NCBI GenBank assembly: GCA_046757025.1
Contig: JBHHXN010000066.1
Location: 1-25,198, forward strand
Length of the DNA stretch: 25,198 bases
Direction of reading: 5' to 3'
Source of the DNA: a bacterium
Lineage (GTDB): Bacteria > Zhuqueibacterota > Zhuqueibacteria > Oceanimicrobiales > Oceanimicrobiaceae
The stretch's first letter is position 1; the number at the start of each line of letters is the position of its first letter. Below are positions 1 through 9,015 of the stretch, piece after piece. The position numbers were made by a program, and so were the translations under genes. The notes under the pieces are model-generated. The model saw only the letters and a list, made by a program, of their open reading frames with translations. It ran no database searches and was not told the DNA's origin.

Positions 1-245
1 CCTTCTGGCATTTCTTTTCCTTCACCCGCTTCTTCCCCTTCTTGCGTTTCACCTTTTTCTGGCATTGGCATTGCCGCCATGGTAAAATCCCAGGTGGTAA
101 CCTGATCGGTGATGGAATTCAAGGTTTCGGCGCCGCCGTAGGCTTCTACAACCATATTCACCACATCGTCCACTGTGGTCTGTTTTTTACAGGCGAATAA
201 AAACAGCATGCAAAAACTCATGCACAAAATAACCAGCTTTTTCAT
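1..245 (-). CDS. Lipoprotein of unknown function, 3' part outside the window
   Basis: Manual translation from ATG 243-245: MKKLVILCMSFCMLFLFACKKQTTVDDVVNMVVEAYGG..., open to the window edge; lipobox LFAC; GGAGG RBS at 254-258. Confidence 0.85.
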   Translation of the reverse strand, partial: MKKLVILCMSFCMLFLFACKKQTTVDDVVNMVVEAYGGAETLNSITDQVTTWDFTMAAMPMPEKGETQEGEEAGEGKEMPE

Positions 246-292
246 CTCTAAACCCTCCAATAATTAATTTGAATAATTAATTAGAACGAAAA

Positions 293-321
293 ATATTACT
301 AATAATGAGTTAAAATGTCAA
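293..321 (-). promoter_or_regulatory. Putative sigma70 promoter for the lipoprotein gene
   Basis: Minus strand TTGACA (321-316), 17 nt, TAATAT (298-293). Confidence 0.55.
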
Positions 322-559
322 GTAAAACTTTGCTTTTATTCCGGCGCTGTCAAAGTAGGGTGCTCTATTGGTATTTTGAAATAAAACAATGAAGTGAACA
401 CAATCCATTTAACTCCGCATTGCCCCTTGCTTAATTCACACAAATTTGTTATCTTTACTGGGTCTAAATGGGGCATGGATTCTCAGCCACAATTCGCTGC
501 TTTCTGATCCGTGGGCTGAAGCACAGTATGTGCGGGGTGCAATCTTACTAAAATAACCA

Positions 560-1234
560 ATGCAAAAATATCTGATCTGTTTACTGTTTTTCTTGATGAT
601 ACTCATCGAATTAGCAGCTTGCCAGAGCCGGGTCGCCATCGAAGATATTTCCAGGCTGCCACAGGTCATCGAGTTGGATAAACGATTTGCGGACGTCTTT
701 CGCATGCTGGACGGCACTTGGGAAGGGCGGTTTTTTATCTACACGGTCAATAATGGGCAAGCCGCTGCACCCGCGCAACCGGAATCGATTTCTCTCGAAT
801 CGTTTTCCAAATTAGATTTGCAATTGCAAAATGTGATTCAGGTGCAGCAAAAATACGCCTCCGAAAGCCCGTATTTTCAAAGAGTGTGGATTCGAGACAT
901 GATGGTGAACCAGGCCGGGGAAACGCAAGTCATCGAAAGCCAGGGTGTAAACAAAGTCCAGAACGGAGCCCTGTGGTGTGTAGTGATCAAGCCGGATGAA
1001 AAGGTGATTCATACGGGGAAGTTGGTGGATGAGCACACCATCATTTGGCGGCGGGAAGTGCGCACTCCGCAAAGAATCGAGTACTTTCGGGAAACGGTAA
1101 TTGGCGACAAATACACTATCCTGGGCTGGGGCTATTACGGCGAGGATGATCCGAACCTGGCACCAAAATACTGGTTTCGAGGTGAATACTTAAAAAAAAC
1201 GGAAGCGACTTCCGATAAAAAACTCTATCAGTGA
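560..1234 (+). CDS. Hypothetical lipoprotein (224 aa)
   Basis: Hydrophobic N-terminus ending in lipobox LAAC; beta-rich globular body; no family recognised. Confidence 0.75.
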   Translation: MQKYLICLLFFLMILIELAACQSRVAIEDISRLPQVIELDKRFADVFRMLDGTWEGRFFIYTVNNGQAAAPAQPESISLESFSKLDLQLQNVIQVQQKYASESPYFQRVWIRDMMVNQAGETQVIESQGVNKVQNGALWCVVIKPDEKVIHTGKLVDEHTIIWRREVRTPQRIEYFRETVIGDKYTILGWGYYGEDDPNLAPKYWFRGEYLKKTEATSDKKLYQ

Positions 1235-1447
1235 CTGCTCGAAAACGTATTCAATACCACCGCAGCAAGATGAGGAATCTGGCTAAAAGCAGGAGTCCCA
1301 AATGTTTGTCTGACCAGATTTTTCCTTCGCTTCGTCGAAATGATATTTTAGGCGCTTAGCGCAATCTTTTGTCGATAAAATGAAACATCGAAAATCGAAT
1401 ATCGAAACAATTTGAGGATTGCGGAACGTGTTTGCAAACTATTTATT

Positions 1448-1697
1448 TAGTGCCTGAACGGAAAGTGTCATTCTGAGGGAGCCCGCGCAACGGGAGATCG
1501 ACAAATCTTTCCCCACGGAGTCCATTTGTTCAGAGAACGAACACGCTTTACTAATTCACCACTTTTGCATTTTGGTAAATTGGGTGCATGAGATTCATTG
1601 TCGTGAAACTTATCCCTTCGTCAGGCTGAGGGCAGGATTTGATCAACGTCGAAGAACTCCTCAGAATAACAAAAACTGCGTTTTCGTTCAATCACTA
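1448..1697. repeat. MITE-like element enclosing a REP-like palindrome pair
   Basis: Imperfect outer IR TAGTGCCTGAACGGAAA (1448-1464) / TTTTCGTTCAATCACTA (1681-1697); inner GTCATTCTGAGG (from 1467) ... CCTCAGAATAAC (to 1670). Confidence 0.6.
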
Positions 1698-1698
1698 T

Positions 1699-3126
1699 TT
1701 AATTAAAAATCCCCCACACTTTAGCTACCAGAAAACATAAAATCAGTCCCATGACCACCGGCAACAGCGCAGAAATAGCCGTCCATTTTTTGCTGCCGGT
1801 TTCTTTATAAATGGTGTAAATGGTGGTGGAACAGGGATTGTGCACCAGACTGAACAGCATTAAATTGACTGCGGTTAAAAGAGTCCACCCGCCGGCCTGG
1901 AAGACCTGAGAATAGGCGTCTAAATCATCCAGCTCAAACAGGACGCCAGCGCCTTCGCCAAGCCCCGCCATTTTCGTGGCGAGGACAGTCAGCATGAGTA
2001 TGGTTGGAATGACGATTTCGTTGGCCGGGATGGCGATGATATACGCCAGTAGAATGACGCCGTTCAATCCAATGAAAAAGCCGAATGGGTTCAGGAAATT
2101 GAGTACATGTTCCGCCAGGCTGAGCTCGGCAATGTGAATGTTGGATAATATCCAGATGATGGCTCCGGCCGGAACGGCAAAAATCACCGCCCGCCAGAGT
2201 ACAAAAATGGTGCGGTCGATTAAAGACGTATAAAGCGTCTGAAGAATTCTTGGCGGACGATAGGGGGGCAGCTCTAGGCTAAAGGTCGAAGCCTCGCCTT
2301 TCAGAATGGTTCGGGAAAGTAGCCACGAAGTAAAAAAGGTGAAAAATATGCCTAATAAAGCGATGGCCACCACGGCAGAGGCCGAAACCAAACCGGCCAA
2401 TCCTGCCGGCACCAGCGTTCCGATGAACAGCGTGGCGATGAGAATCTGAGTGGGCCAGCGGCCGTTGCAAAGCGCAAAATTGTTGGTGATGATGGCGATC
2501 AAACGTTCGCGCGGACTGTCGATGACGCGCGTGGCTATGACGCCGGCCGCGTTGCATCCGTAACCCATAGCCATGGTCAGCGCTTGTTTGCCGTGGGCGC
2601 CGGCTTTGCGAAAAAGTTTGTCGAGGTTGAAGGCTACCCGCGGCAAATAGCCAAAATCTTCTAACAAAGTGAACATGGGAAAAAAGATCGCCATGGGCGG
2701 CAGCATCACACTCACAACCCAGGCCATGGCTAAATAGATGCCATCGATGAGCAAACCGTCCAACCACCACGGTAAGCCGAAACTTGCTGCAATGGTTTTT
2801 AGCGCAGGATGAATGGTATCTAAAAGAAATGTCGCCAGCATGGAAGAAGGCAAGTTAGCGCCGGCAATGGTTAGCCAGAACACCACAGTCAGCACCAGCA
2901 GCATGATAGGGAAGCCGGTCCAGCGGTTGGTTAAAATTTTGTCCAGTATAAGATCCCAACTAAAACTGGGTTTTTCTCCCACCTTTATAACTACGCGTTT
3001 TACAATCCTCGAGGCATCTTGATAAATGGATTCCATCAGAGAATCGTGATAATCGTCGCCAATTTCCCATCGTAAGCTATTGGCCATCTCCAGGATGTCG
3101 TCATTATTTCTATTTGATTTGCTCAT
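1699..3126 (-). CDS. feoB: FeoB membrane domain (Gate and FeoB_C) as a separate gene
   Basis: Multi-TM protein with FeoB motifs [33 protein letters not shown]; own GGAGG RBS at 3134-3138. Confidence 0.93.
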   Translation of the reverse strand: MSKSNRNNDDILEMANSLRWEIGDDYHDSLMESIYQDASRIVKRVVIKVGEKPSFSWDLILDKILTNRWTGFPIMLLVLTVVFWLTIAGANLPSSMLATFLLDTIHPALKTIAASFGLPWWLDGLLIDGIYLAMAWVVSVMLPPMAIFFPMFTLLEDFGYLPRVAFNLDKLFRKAGAHGKQALTMAMGYGCNAAGVIATRVIDSPRERLIAIITNNFALCNGRWPTQILIATLFIGTLVPAGLAGLVSASAVVAIALLGIFFTFFTSWLLSRTILKGEASTFSLELPPYRPPRILQTLYTSLIDRTIFVLWRAVIFAVPAGAIIWILSNIHIAELSLAEHVLNFLNPFGFFIGLNGVILLAYIIAIPANEIVIPTILMLTVLATKMAGLGEGAGVLFELDDLDAYSQVFQAGGWTLLTAVNLMLFSLVHNPCSTTIYTIYKETGSKKWTAISALLPVVMGLILCFLVAKVWGIFN

Positions 3127-3144
3127 GAATATACCTCCAGTACC

Positions 3145-3957
3145 TCAAGCGATCGCTGAAGTGGGCTCCAACTCCGGGTCGATTTCACCAAGCTGGCTTA
3201 ACTCCCCGCTGCGTACGGCTTCGATGATTCGGGCGTCGCCGTCGAGCATGCGCAAAGCCACCCAGCGTGCATTGGTGAGGCCGGGAAATCGTGCCTGAAT
3301 TTGACTCGTCAGTCGTTCCAACGCCGGTTTGAGTTTGCCCACCGTGCTTGAAATTCGGTGTGGTTTGCAAACAAATTGTCCATTGGCTACTTCGTGCACC
3401 GCTTTCAGTAGTCCCGGCATGCCTTCTCCCTGGCGGGCAACCGTTGGTACTACCGGCACGCCCAGATCTTTGGAAAGCAATCGGTGGTTGATTTCCAGTC
3501 GGTGACGTTTGGCTTCATCCATCAAATTCAAACACACCACCACACGATCGGTGATCTCCAGAATCTGCAATACCAGATTCAGATTGCGTTCCAGACGCGT
3601 GGCATCCACTACGATGATGGTGACGTCGGGTTTTCCGAACAAAATAAAATTGCGGGCGATTTCTTCATCGGTGCTGGTGGAAAGAAGCGAGTAAGTGCCT
3701 GGCAGATCCACAACCTTGTAGCGAAAATCTTCGTAGATGAACGCGCCCTCCGCCCGGGTGACGGTTTTGCCGGGCCAGTTGCCGGTGTGCTGCCTTAAAC
3801 CCGTTAATCGGTTGAACACGGTACTTTTGCCGGTATTGGGGTTGCCGGCCAGCGCCAGGACGAAATCACTGAAATTTAAGTCAATGCCCAGTTTGGTCAG
3901 GTTGCCGGTGTGATGCGCCGGGCAGGTGACGCAGTTATTTATTTTTTGCAGGGTCAT
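3145..3957 (-). CDS. feoB: FeoB N-terminal small GTPase as a separate gene
   Basis: G1 GNPNTGKS, G2 NWPGKTV, G3 DLPG, G4 NLMD. ATG 3957 preferred over the ORF-track start 3966 because AAGGAGG lies at 3967-3973. Confidence 0.93.
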   Translation of the reverse strand: MTLQKINNCVTCPAHHTGNLTKLGIDLNFSDFVLALAGNPNTGKSTVFNRLTGLRQHTGNWPGKTVTRAEGAFIYEDFRYKVVDLPGTYSLLSTSTDEEIARNFILFGKPDVTIIVVDATRLERNLNLVLQILEITDRVVVCLNLMDEAKRHRLEINHRLLSKDLGVPVVPTVARQGEGMPGLLKAVHEVANGQFVCKPHRISSTVGKLKPALERLTSQIQARFPGLTNARWVALRMLDGDARIIEAVRSGELSQLGEIDPELEPTSAIA

Positions 3958-4984
3958 TTTCAACACCCTCCTTGATTCGTTTAATGTGGATCATATTTGC
4001 CTGTTCATCTCTTAATGCGATGACGGCGCCGCGAATATTGTAGGCCGTGGGGTCGCCGCTTGCGCTGCGCATCTCAGCAGATATGACGGTTCCGGGCACC
4101 ACCCCCAGATCCATCAGACGCCGGCGCTGCTGCCCGCGGCAGGCTTTTGAGATGGCGAGGACTTCCCCTTTTTCGTGAATTTCCAGCGAAGATAGAGACT
4201 CAAACGGACCTTGCATTTTTTCATGCGCCGGCAACGGTTCCACAGTGACGTTGGACGCCACCACCGGCGCCAGGGTGTTTTCTTCACCGTCGGCCACAAA
4301 ATGCAGACGTTGGGGCGTTTTTTTGAGCAATTGGATTTGCACCCCCGGGCGCAGTCCCTGAGCGATGAGCTGTTCATAAATGACAGCGGGTTCGTCTTCT
4401 ACGTGGGATACGCGGGCGAGCTCTCCCACTTTTAAATCGGTCAAGGATTGCCCCTTTCGTGGCGGCAGGCCGCCTGCGGCTGTGGGGATGGGATCGCCGT
4501 GCGGGTCAAAACTCGGATTGCCCATGAAGTCAGCTAAGGCTTCGGCTTCGGCATCGGTCATGCGGTGTTCCAATCTTTCGGCTTGCGGATGCCATTCTTT
4601 TTCATTGAGGCCGGTTTCCTGCGCCAGATAACTCTCCCACAAACGATGAATTCGCACCATGCGCAAAGCGTAATTGCGGCCCTCAGCCGTTAATTGAAAA
4701 GCGTCATCTTTCGATTTGATCAATCCGAGCTTTTCCAGGCGGGAAAGCAGTTTGGCTGCTGCATCCCCTGAAATGGCTAAAATGCCGGAGATACTTTGCA
4801 GCGTGCACGGCAGGTTTTTGTATTCCAAGTCGTAAAGATGTTTCAAAGCATCTTCTATCATAATTCGGCTGGTACTGTGCCGGCTGCGTCGCCAGTTTGC
4901 CATCAATCCCCAGTGAGGCCAGAATAGCAGGGCCAGCGTTATCAGCGCCAGCGTAGCTGAAAAAATCGTTAATATCGTGCTCAT
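3935..4984 (-). CDS. Membrane-anchored DtxR/MntR-family protein with two FeoA (SH3-like) domains
   Basis: N-terminal hydrophobic helix; EDALK w[11 protein letters not shown]...[14 protein letters not shown]; two FeoA-like units ([21 protein letters not shown]...[10 protein letters not shown]). Confidence 0.88.
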   Translation of the reverse strand: MSTILTIFSATLALITLALLFWPHWGLMANWRRSRHSTSRIMIEDALKHLYDLEYKNLPCTLQSISGILAISGDAAAKLLSRLEKLGLIKSKDDAFQLTAEGRNYALRMVRIHRLWESYLAQETGLNEKEWHPQAERLEHRMTDAEAEALADFMGNPSFDPHGDPIPTAAGGLPPRKGQSLTDLKVGELARVSHVEDEPAVIYEQLIAQGLRPGVQIQLLKKTPQRLHFVADGEENTLAPVVASNVTVEPLPAHEKMQGPFESLSSLEIHEKGEVLAISKACRGQQRRRLMDLGVVPGTVISAEMRSASGDPTAYNIRGAVIALRDEQANMIHIKRIKEGVENDPAKNK

Positions 4985-5216
4985 GATTTATCGATCCCTC
5001 GAATTACATTTTGAAATGTTTAACCTGCTTCATTGAATGGACGCAAAAAGCGGAGTTGCTTATTGTGAAACGTGCCCCCAGTTCAGTTAAGGAAGATTCA
5101 AATTGAATTTTTGTATTAAACAAGTTTTACTCCTGAACGTTTGCTAAAGCCGGTTAATTGGTTTAATTTTTTTTCGCTTTTTTACAGAATACAACAACTG
5201 TCGCCAGAAAATTATG

Positions 5217-5870
5217 TTAGAGATGAGAAATTAAAATGTTGTTTGTCAAAGTTTGGCCCAGGTAGTGTTGCACTTTTCCGATTTGAATCAGCAAGGGTCC
5301 ATCAAATGGCGCTTTTTCCAGCACCTCGATTTCCACGGTGGGAAAGATGCCGATTTCACCCAAATAGCGCAGCATTTCCGGATCGTTGTCGCTGACCTGT
5401 TCGATCTTCACCCGCTGCCCAACTTCAGTGACGGTTAACTGTACCAGCACCCGTTCTGTTATTTTGCCATCTTTGGTTGGAATGGGTGCGCCGTGTGGAT
5501 CGGTGGTGGGATGACCAAGAAATTCGGCCATTTTATCCTCGAATTCTTCCGAAATGACGTGCTCCAGTTTTTCGGCTTCGTCGTGCACCCGATCCCAGCT
5601 AAACCCGAGGGCTTCGGCTAAATAAAGCTCCAGCAACCGGTGGTGCCGTATAATTTCTAAGGCGATCTTTTGTCCGGAGGTCGTGAGCTGTACACCATAG
5701 TACGGCGTATGCGTTACCAATTTAATATCGGCTAATTTTTTGATCATGCCGGTGACCGACGCCTGCGAAACATTCAGCTTTTCAGCGATGGCATTGGTGG
5801 TTACGGATTGATTTTTCGTTCCTAACTTGTAAATGATTTTTAAGTAATCTTCGATGGCTTGGGTAATCAT
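5217..5870 (-). CDS. mntR: DtxR/MntR-family metal-dependent repressor (HTH, dimerisation domain, FeoA/SH3)
   Basis: EDYLKIIY, SQASVTGMIKKL, RHHRLLELYL, EAEKLEH, DPHGAPIP; ATG 5870 with GGAG upstream. The symbol is a family-level assignment. Confidence 0.92.
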   Translation of the reverse strand: MITQAIEDYLKIIYKLGTKNQSVTTNAIAEKLNVSQASVTGMIKKLADIKLVTHTPYYGVQLTTSGQKIALEIIRHHRLLELYLAEALGFSWDRVHDEAEKLEHVISEEFEDKMAEFLGHPTTDPHGAPIPTKDGKITERVLVQLTVTEVGQRVKIEQVSDNDPEMLRYLGEIGIFPTVEIEVLEKAPFDGPLLIQIGKVQHYLGQTLTNNILISHL

Positions 5871-5939
5871 CGGTTTCTCCGTGTTTGAAAAAGAGTTGAG
5901 CAAAATATAAAAATAAAATTAGTAAAAAGCAATAAAATA

Positions 5940-5955
5940 TTTAGGTTTACCTAAA
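5940..5955. promoter_or_regulatory. Putative DtxR/MntR operator
   Basis: Palindrome TTTAGGT-TT-ACCTAAA about 70 bp upstream of the regulator; TTAGG/CCTAA arms are typical of DtxR-family boxes. Confidence 0.75.
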
Positions 5956-6132
5956 ATAATTTGAAGTCCTTTGATTAAACCAGTTGAAAAATTCAAGGAC
6001 TTTCACTACATTGAAAAATGTGCGCGCATGGTAGGAATCAGCCTGAAAATGTGCGCTGATTTTTCCAGTTTTGATAATTGAGCGATTCCGCTTTAATTAT
6101 ATTTGAACAAACCAAGTAAAGGAATATTTACC

Positions 6133-6474
6133 TTGCCGATTTGCCCGAAATGTAAAAAGCAGTATACCGAAGGCGTTCTTCAATGCGCAGAATGTCTAAT
6201 CGACTTATTTGTGGAATTTGAAGAATCCCACGAGCTGGCAGACACCACCAACTGGGTGCCCTTACATCCTCTTCCCGGTCTCATTTACGCCGAAATGGTG
6301 AAGGAGGCTCTTGAAAAAAAAGGCATTCCCTGCATTCTTCGAAAAGATTTTTTGACCTCCGCCCTGGGCAGCAAAGGTACCAACGACGCCGGACAGCAAA
6401 CCTATCTGTTTGTGCCGGAGGAAAAATTGCAGGAAAGCGCCAGCGTGCTGCATCAAATGCTCGATCATATCTAA
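6133..6474 (+). CDS. Zinc-ribbon plus DUF2007-like small protein
   Basis: CPKC...CAEC, then AEMVKEALEKKGIP...LFVPEE; TTG 6133 with AAAGGA upstream (ORF-track start 6103). Confidence 0.8.
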   Translation: MPICPKCKKQYTEGVLQCAECLIDLFVEFEESHELADTTNWVPLHPLPGLIYAEMVKEALEKKGIPCILRKDFLTSALGSKGTNDAGQQTYLFVPEEKLQESASVLHQMLDHI

Positions 6475-6673
6475 AAATGTTCATCCTCAACCATTTCAAT
6501 AACGCCGACAATGAAGATGGGCTTGATAGTCGTTCAGCGGTTGCGTAAGTCGCAGTTATGTTTTCATGCCTCTATCATCCAAACTCTACCATCTCGTTTC
6601 TCTATTCTTTTTGCAAACCTATTGCGGATGTTTTTGTTTTGCAACGCATTATCGCCGCATTCGACTGGCGTGC

Positions 6674-6889
6674 ATGGAATTCCTGAAACTGGTGATGATT
6701 GCGAGTATGGCTGCCCGGCCCGTTGCCTAACTGGTGATGAACGACTGGCTCAGCAATTTTGCTTGCCGGTTTGCCGTGAGCTGGTGAAACTTGATTGTGG
6801 CAGCCATCAAAATTGCCACGCTCACGGTGAGCTCACAGACGCTAAAATCAGCCCTCATCAATCCCCCTGAAACCCTGCGCTATGTGTGA
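6674..6889 (+). pseudogene. Remnant of the C-terminus of a MacB/FtsX-type ABC transporter permease
   Basis: Frame reads MEFLKLVMIASMAARPVA*LVMNDWLSNFACRFAVSW*NLIVAAIKIATLTVSSQTLKSALINPPETLRYV*, resembling the family tail EFLKLV..A...A.PVAY..MN.WL.NFAYR...TVS.Q..KAA..NP.ESLRYE; stops at 6728 and 6785. Confidence 0.85.
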
Positions 6890-6906
6890 GATTTATGCAA
6901 TGCAGA

Positions 6907-9015
6907 TTAACTATAATCATGAGCTAACTGGTGGATCTTTTCGAGGATTTCTTCCACAGTCTGTTTTAGTTCGTTGCCCATTTTGCGGTATTCGTTGGGA
7001 TCTTCCTTTTGCATGAAAAACATCAGAGCGTAATAAACCGGTTTGAGACGGTCCTTTAGGTGGTGCGGATTCTCATTGAAGATTTTTAAAGTGAGATGGT
7101 ACTGTTTCTTGGCCATCAACAACATGAGAAATAAGCTGACATCCTCGGGAAATTTGTCTAAAGATTCTTGCTCAGTCAGAAATTCCTGAGCGATTTTGAA
7201 GGCTTGTTCGATTTCATTGTTCCAGAGTAAAATAATCGAATAAGTGTACATGTTGTAGATGTTTTCAGCTTTTTTGTAAGCCTGTTCTGCAATTTTTAAA
7301 GCCTGTTTTAGGTGTGATTTTTGTTCGAAGTAAAGCCCGGCTAAACTATTCATAGCGCCGATGTGCTCTTTCTCCACCGCCATCAGGTAGTATTTTTCAG
7401 CTTGCTTGAAATCTTTGAATTCCGTTTCATACAGCAAAGCCAAATTGAACATTGCGCCGGCGTGTTCTTTCGCCACAGCTTTTAGAAAAAAGTCTTTCGC
7501 TTTTTTAATATCCTTTTTGTTTATCCAGTACAGTAAACCCAATTGAGTTAGGTCTTCCGAATTATTAATTTTAATTTGTTCTAAATGCTGTATAGAAATA
7601 TTTTGATCTTTTACTTTCATGGCAGATTCTTTTAATTCATAATCAGATCGGGAAAGATAGCCCTTCAGCTCAGATTGCGCATTATCTAAATAGCTTCTGG
7701 TCTCTACAATTAACTGATGTTGCAGCTCTCTCTGAATGGGGGTTCTGGCTAAAGCTTCGGTCATGTACAGAGCTTGCTTTTCATACAGTTTACCCAGTTT
7801 AATAGCCTCTAAATGCTTTCGGGCTCTGTTTTCCAATTCTCGTTCATCGCACCATACTTGCAAGAATTCCACAAAAAATCGCACTCTGCGCTTGTCCCAT
7901 TTCCTGCCGAGTCGCATCAAATACCAGATATTAAAAAAACGTTCGTAAATTCTGTACAGGTAATTCTTGGTGTCGGTTTTTTCCTTTTCGATAATGTGAA
8001 AGCGCTCCAATTGTTTTAATTGAGCGGAAACGGCTTTACTCTCTATCCTGGTTTTATGCGCAATTTCTTTGGTACTGACTGCATCCCAGCTCAGGGCAAT
8101 AAAATCCACAATCTCTTGCTGCTGTGCGGAAAGTTTGTCCATTCGGTGCTTGTACAGAGGCGTCACGGTGTCGAGAACTTTTTCCAGGTCCATGAAGGCG
8201 TTGCCATTTGTGTCATCTACAAAAATATCAAAGAGAATAACAATCGTACGAATCACACCGCCAGTAACTCGACGCAAGGCTTCCACACGCCCTGGCTGAT
8301 TATTAACGATGTCTTTGACGCGTTCTCTTTTGTAATGTTCACCCAGTTTGAGAAGTAAAGTTTTCGTTTCCTCTGTACCCAGTCCCTTTAGCTGCGGCAT
8401 TTTGAAAAATTGATAAAACGGTTTTGCATAATCATAATGAAATTCCAGGCTTACAGAAGATGCGCCGACAATTCGCAGCTCTGCAGATTCCATAAACACT
8501 TCCCGTAATCTGCGGTGCTCTTTCTCTGTGAATTTCGTCAGCATTTCATCGATGTTGTCGATGAACACGATCATTTTCTTTTTATGTTTTTTTAAGGCAT
8601 TTTCCAGTATTTGAAAACATCGCCATTCATAATCAGCGTTGTTATCAAGCTTTTGCATTTCATCATACAAGCCCTTGATATCACCAGCATCTTCCATATA
8701 CTCGGCGATGGTTTCCCAGAGTTTAAATAAGCGACTAATGTTATATTGTTCTTCGTTGAAAATTATCGGAATGATTCGCTGTCTTAGATCTGTATCACGG
8801 TTGATTGCATAAGCAATGCGCAGTAACAGGGTGGTTTTTCCCTGTCCACGCACGCCTTGAATAATGTAGTGTTGTTCCGGATATTTCATCTCTGAATATT
8901 TTATATCTTCGAATATTTCTTTAAATATTCTTGTTCTCACTACAAAATTTTCAATGAGTTCTTGTTGGGTCTGATTTGCAGGGTTGTAAATTTTTGGAAA
9001 ATCAATTCGCGACAT
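6907..9015 (-). CDS. STAND/AAA-like ATPase with winged HTH and SEL1/TPR repeats (702 aa)
   Basis: Walker A GVRGQGKTT; Walker B IVFIDN; wHTH STKEIAHKTRIESKAVSAQLKQLE; SEL1-like AMFNLALLYETEFKDFKQAEKYYLMAVEK. Confidence 0.85.
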   Translation of the reverse strand: MSRIDFPKIYNPANQTQQELIENFVVRTRIFKEIFEDIKYSEMKYPEQHYIIQGVRGQGKTTLLLRIAYAINRDTDLRQRIIPIIFNEEQYNISRLFKLWETIAEYMEDAGDIKGLYDEMQKLDNNADYEWRCFQILENALKKHKKKMIVFIDNIDEMLTKFTEKEHRRLREVFMESAELRIVGASSVSLEFHYDYAKPFYQFFKMPQLKGLGTEETKTLLLKLGEHYKRERVKDIVNNQPGRVEALRRVTGGVIRTIVILFDIFVDDTNGNAFMDLEKVLDTVTPLYKHRMDKLSAQQQEIVDFIALSWDAVSTKEIAHKTRIESKAVSAQLKQLERFHIIEKEKTDTKNYLYRIYERFFNIWYLMRLGRKWDKRRVRFFVEFLQVWCDERELENRARKHLEAIKLGKLYEKQALYMTEALARTPIQRELQHQLIVETRSYLDNAQSELKGYLSRSDYELKESAMKVKDQNISIQHLEQIKINNSEDLTQLGLLYWINKKDIKKAKDFFLKAVAKEHAGAMFNLALLYETEFKDFKQAEKYYLMAVEKEHIGAMNSLAGLYFEQKSHLKQALKIAEQAYKKAENIYNMYTYSIILLWNNEIEQAFKIAQEFLTEQESLDKFPEDVSLFLMLLMAKKQYHLTLKIFNENPHHLKDRLKPVYYALMFFMQKEDPNEYRKMGNELKQTVEEILEKIHQLAHDYS

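Noticed and set aside
261..283. Palindrome TAATTAATT-TGAAT-AATTAATTA
   Set aside because: The arms are pure A/T in an AT-rich spacer, too low in complexity to call an operator.
3127..3144. feoB split as a frameshift or nonsense pseudogene
   Set aside because: The downstream half has its own GGAGG RBS and ATG, and both halves keep their motifs.
4985..5216. Metal-sensing riboswitch (yybP-ykoY or NiCo) upstream of the feo genes
   Set aside because: The conserved motifs were not recognisable by eye; an Rfam scan would settle it.
6511..6870. 119-aa plus-strand ORF from the track
   Set aside because: No recognisable motifs; it overlaps the permease relic, which reads in another frame.
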